This document shows, one piece after another, positions 1 through 6,309 of a DNA stretch of 10,896 nucleotides; within the stretch, counting starts at the first letter, position 1, and each line of letters starts with the position of its first letter. The notes under the pieces are model-generated. The model did no database searches, was not told where the DNA came from, and saw only the letters and a list, made by a program, of their open reading frames with translations. Position numbers and translations under genes: made by a program. The DNA lies in assembly GCA_036478295.1 (NCBI GenBank), contig JAZGDW010000041.1, forward strand, positions 1 to 10,896, read 5' to 3'. This DNA is from Candidatus Krumholzibacteriia bacterium. GTDB taxonomy: Bacteria > Krumholzibacteriota > Krumholzibacteriia > WVZY01.

Positions 1-36
1 GGATATTCGGAGACGAGTCCGCGGATGCTTAACATA

Positions 37-64
37 TTGATTCGCGAGTTTCAATTATTATGTT
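37..64 (+). promoter_or_regulatory. Possible sigma70-type promoter upstream of the site-2 protease gene
   Basis: AT-rich patch (about 29-72) in a GC-rich background. TTGATT at 37-42, 16-nt spacer, TATGTT at 59-64; TATTAT at 56-61 is an alternative -10. Register uncertain. Confidence 0.3.
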
Positions 65-137
65 ATATGAAAGGGACTTGTGGGGCTGCCGCACGCCCAT
101 GCCCAGGGTGACACCAACGCTATAAAGACAAACAGGC

Positions 138-1181
138 ATGAGATATACGATAAAGTTCGGGACGTATTTTGGCATCCCGGTTCGAATCCACCTCACGTTC
201 CCGTTGATCCTTCTGGTCTTCGGCGTCGACGGGTGGCGCAGCGGCGGTTGGGGGGAGGCCGTATGGGCGGTGGCTCTGGTCGCCGCCGTTTTTGTGTGCG
301 TCGTGCTTCACGAGTTTGGCCACAGCCTCCAGGTTCGCCGTTATGGCATAAAGGTCCGCGACATCGTGCTCTTGCCCATAGGCGGCATGGCGCGGGCGGA
401 GCGTATCCCAGAGGACCCCGTGCAGGAAATCATCGTGGCCATTTCGGGGCCCCTGGTCAACTTCGCGCTCGCGGCGATCTTTTTCCTCATCTTACGGCTG
501 CGGAACGTCCCGCTCGATCTCGACCACGGGTTTCTGGTCAACCTGATGGTTATCAATATTATTCTTGGCGTCTTCAACCTGATTCCCGCGTTCCCGATGG
601 ACGGCGGCCGTATCCTCAGGGGTGTGTTCGCCACCCGCATGTCGTACCTGAAGGCGACGCGATACGCGAAGAACATTGGACAGGTCATCGCGATTGGCTT
701 CGCCATCCTCGGTTTTGCCGACCAACGGTTCATTATGTTACCGCTGATCGGGGTTTTTATTTTCTTCAGTGCGATGAGCGAGGAAAAGATGATTCGAATA
801 AGGATCGGGTTGGGTGAAAAGTGGGCCCGGGACTTCATTGTGCCGGGTAACACGATGCTGTTCCCGAACAGCACTGTCGAAAGCGCCGCCGCGTCGTTGG
901 AGCCCGGGCAACCGTTTGCCCTGCCGATCACCAATGCCGATGGGTCCCTGGTGGGGGCCGTGGAAGCAACCGACGTACGACAGGCGATGAAACGCGGCAT
1001 GGGCGGCACGCCACTCGAGCCCTGGGTCAAAACGGAATTTCCGCTCATCGACGCGGGCACCTCCGCGATGCAGGCCTACTATATCCTCCACAGCCACAAG
1101 CGGCGCCTGGCGGGGATCATGGAGAACGGCCAGTTCCTCGGTCTGGTCTCCTACGACGATCTCACGGCGGCGATTGCGTAG
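138..1181 (+). CDS. Site-2 protease family (peptidase M50) intramembrane zinc metalloprotease with C-terminal CBS domain pair
   Basis: 347 aa. N-terminal GIPVRIH, HEFGH zinc motif (aa 58-62, nt 309-323), LLPIGG, EIIVAISGPLVN, NLIPAFPMDGGR third-ligand motif (nt 576-611) and several hydrophobic helices. C-terminal degenerate CBS repeats (LPITNADGSLVGAV; AGIMENGQFLGLVS). Confidence 0.95.
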   Translation: MRYTIKFGTYFGIPVRIHLTFPLILLVFGVDGWRSGGWGEAVWAVALVAAVFVCVVLHEFGHSLQVRRYGIKVRDIVLLPIGGMARAERIPEDPVQEIIVAISGPLVNFALAAIFFLILRLRNVPLDLDHGFLVNLMVINIILGVFNLIPAFPMDGGRILRGVFATRMSYLKATRYAKNIGQVIAIGFAILGFADQRFIMLPLIGVFIFFSAMSEEKMIRIRIGLGEKWARDFIVPGNTMLFPNSTVESAAASLEPGQPFALPITNADGSLVGAVEATDVRQAMKRGMGGTPLEPWVKTEFPLIDAGTSAMQAYYILHSHKRRLAGIMENGQFLGLVSYDDLTAAIA

Positions 1182-1264
1182 ACGGCCCGCCACCCGGCGC
1201 CCCCCGTGGAACGCATCTTGCGCCAATCGCGAACACGCTCAAACGGGACTCATTTTGGCGGCAG

Positions 1265-1290
1265 GTTGCACGTTTTTTTCGTTGTGCAAC
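1265..1290. promoter_or_regulatory. Intergenic inverted repeat, candidate operator
   Basis: GTTGCAC (1265-1271) and GTGCAAC (1284-1290) are exact reverse complements around a 12-nt T-rich spacer, 34 nt upstream of the ATG at 1325. Confidence 0.3.
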
Positions 1291-1313
1291 ACTGTCGCGC
1301 CACGTTTTCTCCA

Positions 1314-1319
1314 AAGGAG
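1314..1319 (+). promoter_or_regulatory. Shine-Dalgarno sequence of the small TPR gene
   Basis: AAGGAG 5 nt upstream of ATG 1325. Confidence 0.8.
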
Positions 1320-1324
1320 TTGTC

Positions 1325-1822
1325 ATGGAAACAGCCCTGGATCATGCCCGTGATACGACGCTCGAATCACAGGCGCTCTACAATCTTGCCCTCGAGAGAA
1401 TGGCACGAAACAACTTCGACAAGGCCCTCGATTACCTGCTACAATCGCTCCGCATCTCTCCGGGGAATGCCCTGTACCTGTCGTATTTCGGTTTCTGCCT
1501 GGCTCAGGCGAACCGTGATTACGACCGCGCCATCAGGCACTGCAAGCAGGCCGTGAACGCGCTGCCCGTGGATCCGGTACCCTATATCAATCTGGGAAAA
1601 GTGTACAAACTTCGGGGCGACAACGCGTCGGCCTACGAGGTGTTCCAGCGCGCCTGGACGATCAACAACAGACACCCGGCGACTGCCGCCGAGCTGACAC
1701 GAATGGGCATTCGCCGCCGGCCGTTCTTTACTTTTCTACCCAGGACCAACTGGTGTAACCGCTACCTCGGAAAGCTCCGAGCCACCCTCGAGAGAAGACT
1801 GATCGGTCACCGGCAATCGTAG
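1325..1822 (+). CDS. Tetratricopeptide repeat protein (about 3 TPRs) with basic C-terminal tail
   Basis: 165 aa, strong SD. TPR signatures ALYNLA...FDKALDYLLQSLRISPGN, YLSYFG...YDRAIRHCKQAVNALP, PYINLGKVY...AYEVFQRAWTINNRH. Tail GIRRRPFFTFLPRTNWCNRYLGKLR. Confidence 0.9.
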   Translation: METALDHARDTTLESQALYNLALERMARNNFDKALDYLLQSLRISPGNALYLSYFGFCLAQANRDYDRAIRHCKQAVNALPVDPVPYINLGKVYKLRGDNASAYEVFQRAWTINNRHPATAAELTRMGIRRRPFFTFLPRTNWCNRYLGKLRATLERRLIGHRQS

Positions 1823-1825
1823 CGT

Positions 1826-1839
1826 CGAACGAGTGTTCG
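1826..1839. promoter_or_regulatory. Candidate LexA (SOS/Cheo-type) box
   Basis: CGAAC-GAGT-GTTCG in the intergenic gap; exact match to the CGAAC-RNRY-GTTYG consensus of Firmicutes/Actinobacteria-type LexA. Confidence 0.5.
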
Positions 1840-1858
1840 CAGGACGGAGTTTGGTCTT

Positions 1859-1886
1859 TTGAGATCCGGCTCCCCTGTTGTATCTT
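1859..1886 (+). promoter_or_regulatory. Candidate sigma70-type promoter for the TPR lipoprotein and downstream genes
   Basis: TTGAGA (1859-1864, 5/6 match to TTGACA), 16-nt spacer, TATCTT (1881-1886, keeps TAnnnT). Confidence 0.4.
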
Positions 1887-1893
1887 GATGTAT

Positions 1894-1936
1894 GGGGTGC
1901 CCAAGTGCGGAAATTCCGCCAGGGGCCGCCTTTTTT
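1894..1936 (+). terminator. Hairpin plus U-tract: possible intrinsic terminator or leader attenuator
   Basis: Core stem GCGGA-aat-TCCGC (1907-1919), imperfect outer pairing of GGGGTGCCC (1894-1902) with GGGGCCGCC (1922-1930), then TTTTTT (1931-1936). Confidence 0.35.
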
Positions 1937-1950
1937 GCGAGCGTTTCGTG

Positions 1951-3162
1951 ATGCGCATCGATCTCTGTTTTCTCATTTCTATCCTGCTCCTGCCTAGCTG
2001 CGCCGGTATGCAAAACGACCGTGGCGGAAACCCCGCCGAATACATCAACGCACAAAAAGCAAAGGCACAGACCCTCATGGAAACGGGGGATTACCAGAGC
2101 GCAGTCGCGGCTCTGCTGCCACTCAGTGAAAAAAACATCAAAAACGGGCAGCTCTACGCCATGCTGGGCAAGTGTTATTGGAAGCTCGGCTCTCATGGCG
2201 CCGCGGTCAGCAACTACGAGAGGGCGCTTCGCCTGGATTACGGGGGATCAGAGATTCACCTGGCCCTGGCCGCGATGCTGATGGAGATGGGCAAGACGGG
2301 AAGGGCGCTGACCGAGTTCGATCTGGCGGTCCGTTACGATCCGCGCGACCCGCTCGCACATTACAACTACGGTTTGGCCCTGTACGAGCTCGGCCGTACG
2401 GACGAAGCGCTGGGCCACTGGGAAAGGGCGCGTTCGCTGGATGCGCGCAACCCGCAGTACGCGGAGGCGATGGGTATCGGTTTAAGCCAAAGGGACGACA
2501 CTGCGGCGGCCAGGTATTTCGAGCTGGCGGGAGAGCTGGGCGCGGACGGCCCCAAGTTTCACAATAATTTCGGACTGCTGCTCCGGCGTATCGGTGACTT
2601 CAGTCGTGCCGAGTCCGAGTTCAACCGGGCGCTGGAACTCGATCCCGATAACAACGCCTATCGTTTCAATGTGGCGGCGCTCTATATGAGTTCGAAGAAG
2701 TATGGTTCGGCAATTCCGTTGTGGGAATCGCTGCTGGCCGGCGAGCCGGACAGCCGGACGTTCCGGACCTATCTGGGCCGGGCGCTCTACGAAAAGGAGC
2801 GCTTCGAGGAGGTGGTCGGCCTTCTCGAGGAATGGCTCGGGAGCCGCCCGCCCGAGGCGGCCCGCGAATCCTCCTGGAGCGCTTTTGACCCGCGCACCGA
2901 GCCCCGGGAACCCGGCCTGAACGAGGCGTTCGACGTTCTGGCGATGAGCCTGCGGGCGCTGGGGGAGCTCGAGAAAGCGGCCACCTACATCGCCCGGGCG
3001 CTGGAGATCGCGCCGCAGAGCACGGTTCACCTGAATAACTATGGCGTTATCCTGGCGGAAAGTGGTAAGATTGAGCAGGCCAAGGCCCAGTGGAAAAAGG
3101 TGTTAGGCTTGGAGCCGGACAACCCCACCGCCAGGCGCAATCTTTCGGCTCTGTCGGAGTAA
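1951..3162 (+). CDS. TPR-repeat lipoprotein
   Basis: ORF track starts at 1885, but ATG 1951 gives a signal-peptide-II-like N-terminus MRIDLCFLISILLLPS-C (Cys17 at 1999-2001; Pro at -2 is non-canonical). 403 aa with roughly 9-10 TPRs, e.g. AHYNYGLALYELGRTDEALGHWERARSLDARN, FHNNFGLLLRRIGDFSRAESEFNRALELDPDN, HLNNYGVILAESGKIEQAKAQWKKVLGLEPDN. Confidence 0.88.
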   Translation: MRIDLCFLISILLLPSCAGMQNDRGGNPAEYINAQKAKAQTLMETGDYQSAVAALLPLSEKNIKNGQLYAMLGKCYWKLGSHGAAVSNYERALRLDYGGSEIHLALAAMLMEMGKTGRALTEFDLAVRYDPRDPLAHYNYGLALYELGRTDEALGHWERARSLDARNPQYAEAMGIGLSQRDDTAAARYFELAGELGADGPKFHNNFGLLLRRIGDFSRAESEFNRALELDPDNNAYRFNVAALYMSSKKYGSAIPLWESLLAGEPDSRTFRTYLGRALYEKERFEEVVGLLEEWLGSRPPEAARESSWSAFDPRTEPREPGLNEAFDVLAMSLRALGELEKAATYIARALEIAPQSTVHLNNYGVILAESGKIEQAKAQWKKVLGLEPDNPTARRNLSALSE

Positions 3163-3165
3163 CAA

Positions 3166-3195
3166 TCGCCATTCGTTTATCGTAGAACGAAGCGA
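3166..3195 (+). other. Intergenic stem-loop after the TPR lipoprotein stop codon
   Basis: TCGC-(CA bulge)-TTCGTT (3166-3177) pairs with AACGAA-GCGA (3186-3195). No U-tract follows. Confidence 0.35.
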
Positions 3196-3239
3196 GGGTT
3201 GGGTTTCCGCCGGTGGCTTTGGCAAGACGGGTGAGAAAA

Positions 3240-3656
3240 ATGTATTGCAGGCACTGCGGCAAGGAAATAGATGAAAAGGCCGAGATCTGCGTCCACTGCG
3301 GGCGGAGGCTCCGCAGCTCCGTGTCGAGTTTCATGGAGGGCAACGAGCTCACTCGGCTGCGTCCGATCACAGTCGAGAAGAGTCCTGGCCTTGCGGGTTT
3401 TCTGGGCTTCATCCTGAGTTGGGTATTCCTTGGACCCCTGGGCTACCTCTACCTGGGCCAGTGGAATTGGTTCTGGATAACCCTGATTATCTCGGTGATT
3501 GTCTACCCGCTCACGGTAGGTCTTGCCTACGTTCTTTTTCCGTTTGTCTTCGCTTTTCACCAGTACCAGATGGCCAAAGAGCTGAATGAAATGCGCAAGC
3601 CGGACGACACGAGTGAAGACGAAGGTGAACGCAAAAGCACACCGGCCGAAGGGTAA
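3240..3656 (+). CDS. Zinc-ribbon domain plus TM2-like membrane protein
   Basis: ATG 3240 gives MYCRHCGKEIDEKAEICVHCG (CxxC-x10-CxxC zinc ribbon), then KSPGLAGFLGFILSWVFLGPLGYLYLGQW (TM2-like KS...A..L...LG...YLG), further hydrophobic helices and a charged tail. 138 aa; ORF track start 3213 is less likely. Confidence 0.85.
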   Translation: MYCRHCGKEIDEKAEICVHCGRRLRSSVSSFMEGNELTRLRPITVEKSPGLAGFLGFILSWVFLGPLGYLYLGQWNWFWITLIISVIVYPLTVGLAYVLFPFVFAFHQYQMAKELNEMRKPDDTSEDEGERKSTPAEG

Positions 3657-3668
3657 AAGACTCCATCG

Positions 3669-4619
3669 ATGGAAAGAAACCTGGCGCTCGAGCTGGTCCG
3701 CGTGACCGAAGCGGCCGCGTTGGCATCCTCCCGCTGGATGGGTAAAGGCAACGCGGTCGAGGCGGACCGTGCCGCCTGCGAAGCGATGGCCATCGCGATC
3801 AAATCCGTAAAAATCAAGGGTACAATCGTCATCGGGGAAAGAGACCCCAATCACGAGCTGTCCAAGGGCAAGATTGTCGGTGAGGGCGGGCCGCCCGACA
3901 TCGACGTCGCCCTGGATCCCCTGGAATGTGTCGACTCGGTGGCCATGGGACGCGCCAATGCCATCTCGGTAGTTGCCGTGGCCGATAAGGGTGGCTTTTT
4001 CGATTCGCCGGTCCATTATATGAACAAGATTGCCGTCGGGCCCGAGGCCGCCGGGCGCATCGACATCAACGCCAGCCCGCTCGAGAACCTGGTCAACATA
4101 GCCGAAGCCAAGCGTACATACGTCGAGGACCTCACCGTGTGCATTCTCGATCGCGAGAAACACATCCCGCTCATCGAAAAAGTGCGAGCGACCGGCGCGC
4201 GTATTCAGTTGATAAGGGACGGCGATATCGCCGCGGCGATAGCGGCGGCCACCCCGGGCAGCGGTGTGGATGTTTTGATGGGGGTGGGTGGAGCCGACGA
4301 AGGCGTGCTCTCCGCGGCGGCGCTCAAATGCGTGGGCGGTGATTTTCAAGGCAAACTCGAGGTGCTGGACGAGAAAGAGGAAGCCGCGCTCGAGAGCAGG
4401 AAACTGAGCAAGGAAAAAGTCCTCGGTATGGATGATCTCCTGATGGGCGACATCTTGATGTTCGCCGCTACCGGTGTGACCCGAAGCGATATTCTTCGCG
4501 GCGTCCAGTACCGCCATGGTGGAGCGGTGACCCATTCGGTCGTCATGCGCCGCAAGTCGGGAACCGTTCGTTTCATCGAGGCCAACCACTCTTTCGACCG
4601 CAAGCCAAACTATTCCTGA
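3669..4619 (+). CDS. glpX: Class II fructose-1,6-bisphosphatase (GlpX) homologue with divergent active-site motifs
   Basis: 316 aa. MERNLALELVRVTEAAALA, ADRAA, DVALDPLE, YMNKIAVGP, GARIQLIRDGDIA, EGVLSAAALKCVGG, FAATGVT, THSVVMRRKSGTVRFIEANH. Family assignment is strong; catalytic activity is doubtful (see findings). Confidence 0.92.
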   Translation: MERNLALELVRVTEAAALASSRWMGKGNAVEADRAACEAMAIAIKSVKIKGTIVIGERDPNHELSKGKIVGEGGPPDIDVALDPLECVDSVAMGRANAISVVAVADKGGFFDSPVHYMNKIAVGPEAAGRIDINASPLENLVNIAEAKRTYVEDLTVCILDREKHIPLIEKVRATGARIQLIRDGDIAAAIAAATPGSGVDVLMGVGGADEGVLSAAALKCVGGDFQGKLEVLDEKEEAALESRKLSKEKVLGMDDLLMGDILMFAATGVTRSDILRGVQYRHGGAVTHSVVMRRKSGTVRFIEANHSFDRKPNYS

Positions 4620-4652
4620 CGCGACATTGGATCCACAACCGGGCGAAACCAG

Positions 4653-5993
4653 GTGGAAATTCCGTTCATAGATCCCGTTGACAAGTCGCGGCCGCTCGCA
4701 GAGCGCATGCGGCCCCGCACGCTCGACGATTTTCTCGGCCAGCAAGACATCGTCGGTCCCGGCACGCTGCTTCGCCGCGCCATCGATCAGGGGGAGTTGA
4801 AGCAATCGCTCATCCTCTGGGGCCCACCCGGCTGCGGCAAAACTACTCTGGCACGAATCATCGCCGGCAGCGTAAAAGGCCGCTTCGTTACCTTTAGCGC
4901 CGTGACCTCGGGTATCGCGGACGTCAGGCGCGTCATCAGCGATGCACGGAAACTGCGCTCGATAGACGGTACGCCGCTGCTCATGTTCGTCGATGAAATC
5001 CACCGTTTCAACAAGGCGCAGCAGGACGCATTCCTGCCTCATATAGAGGACGGGACCATCGTCTTCATCGGCGCCACCACGGAAAACCCCAGCTTTGAAG
5101 TCATCGGACCCCTGCTGTCCCGCTCGCGCGTGCTGGTTTTCAATACGCTTAGCCACGATGAAGTGCTGACGCTGGTCAAGCGGGCGCTGCACGATTCTGA
5201 ACGCGGCCTGGGTGGGGTGGAGATCGAAGCCGACGAGGAGGTCCTGGCCTATGTCGCAGACGTCGCGCAGGGCGACGTGCGGGCGGCGCTGAACGCGCTG
5301 GATTACGCCGCTTCCGTACTGGTGGGCGTCACGGGTGAGCGCGTTCTCACGCGCGGTCTCGTGGAAGACGCCATGCAGAGGCGGCTCGTGCGGACGGACA
5401 AGGCAGGCGAGTCACACTATGATCTGATTTCGGCGCTGCACAAGAGCCTGCGGGGTGGCGACGTCGATGCGTCGCTCTACTGGCTGGCGCGAATGTGCGA
5501 GGCGGGAGAGGATCCGCTGTTCATCGCCAGGCGCCTCGTGGTTTTTGCGTCGGAGGATGTCGGGAACGCCGATCCACACGCGCTGGTCCTGGCTATCGCG
5601 GCACGCGACGCCGTCGCGTTCAATGGGTATCCGGAGTGCAAGCTCGCACTCGCGCAGGCGGTGGCCTACCTGGCGCTGGCGCCGAGGAGCAACGCGTCGT
5701 ACGAAGCCTACAAGCGCGCGGCAGCCGCCGTGCACGACAACCCGCCCTATCCGGTGCCGATGCACATCCGCAACGCTCCCACGCCGCTCATGAAAGAGCT
5801 GGGCTACGGGAAAGACTATAAGTATCCCCACGATTATCCCGCTGGGTTCGTCAGGGAATGCTACCTGCCCGAGGCGCTTCGCAAAAGCCGCTTCTACCGC
5901 CCCAAGTCCGCCGGTTTCGAGGTGGAGCTTCGCAAACGTCTCGACGCGTATCTCGAGCGGCAAGAAACCGATTCCGCGGAACCAGAGGAATAG
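4653..5993 (+). CDS. rarA: Replication-associated recombination protein A (RarA/MgsA AAA+ ATPase)
   Basis: 446 aa, GTG start. PLAERMRP, Walker A GPPGCGKTT, Walker B FVDEIHRFNKAQQD, GATTENP, LLSR, HYDLISALHKSLRG, ASEDVGNADP, VPMHIRNAPT, YKYPHD. Confidence 0.97.
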   Translation: MEIPFIDPVDKSRPLAERMRPRTLDDFLGQQDIVGPGTLLRRAIDQGELKQSLILWGPPGCGKTTLARIIAGSVKGRFVTFSAVTSGIADVRRVISDARKLRSIDGTPLLMFVDEIHRFNKAQQDAFLPHIEDGTIVFIGATTENPSFEVIGPLLSRSRVLVFNTLSHDEVLTLVKRALHDSERGLGGVEIEADEEVLAYVADVAQGDVRAALNALDYAASVLVGVTGERVLTRGLVEDAMQRRLVRTDKAGESHYDLISALHKSLRGGDVDASLYWLARMCEAGEDPLFIARRLVVFASEDVGNADPHALVLAIAARDAVAFNGYPECKLALAQAVAYLALAPRSNASYEAYKRAAAAVHDNPPYPVPMHIRNAPTPLMKELGYGKDYKYPHDYPAGFVRECYLPEALRKSRFYRPKSAGFEVELRKRLDAYLERQETDSAEPEE

Positions 5994-6253
5994 CCTTGAT
6001 CCGTCAAAAAAATGGCTCTGTCATGATGGGCCGGGCGCGTAAGGACGGGGGCGCTCCGGCTCAAACAGTCCTCGCGCGCCGACGGAGAACGTCTGCCTAT
6101 CCCCCACAGTTTGTGGGCGGTCGGCGCGCTGCGCACTGCTACGCAGCATTTCGCGCATTATGGCTGGCTGCAGGTGCTCAAGAACTCGCCGTCGACCCCC
6201 GTCCTTACGCGCCCGGCTCCAGTTTAAGGCAGCGAGTTTTTGACGGATCAAGG
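5994..6253. mobile_element. MITE-like non-autonomous element, 260 bp, with 4-bp target-site duplication
   Basis: Perfect 17-bp TIR CCTTGATCCGTCAAAAA (5994-6010 / 6237-6253). Second perfect 22-bp IR GCCGGGCGCGTAAGGACGGGGG (6030-6051 / 6196-6217), 36 nt in from each end. Flanking direct repeat ATAG (5990-5993 and 6254-6257). No transposase ORF. Confidence 0.8.
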
Positions 6254-6309
6254 ATAGTTCTCGAGGATCCAGAATCGCCGACACGACCACCCGACGGCAG
6301 GACCCACGC

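Noticed and set aside
78..110. Loose similarity of TGGGGCTGCC...CCAGGG to 1893-1925 (TGGGGTGCC...CCAGGGG)
   Set aside because: Short, GC-rich and gapped; compatible with chance, with no convincing shared structure.
176..192. GGTTCGAATCC resembling a tRNA T-loop or integration site
   Set aside because: Only 2 bp of T-stem can form, there is no cloverleaf or CCA, and it encodes the conserved PVRIH segment of the M50 protease.
80..1226. Alternative ORFs 80-817 (+), 341-1060 (-), 738-1226 (-) and similar
   Set aside because: They overlap the motif-supported M50 protease and lack recognisable domains.
1255..1270. Sigma54-like TTGGC...TTGCA
   Set aside because: GG and GC are separated by 9 nt rather than the required 10.
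1885..1950. ORF-track N-terminal extension of the TPR lipoprotein
   Set aside because: It overlaps the candidate -10 and hairpin and would bury the signal peptide; ATG 1951 fits better.
3177..5192. 671-aa minus-strand ORF
   Set aside because: Antisense shadow of three well-supported + strand genes (zinc-ribbon protein, glpX, rarA). No recognisable motifs; long antisense frames are common in GC-rich DNA.
6240..6275. Outward-facing TTGACG in the right TIR as a hybrid promoter for the helicase-nuclease genes
   Set aside because: The hexamer at 17-nt spacing is GAGGAT, a poor -10, and CAGAAT lies 24 nt away.
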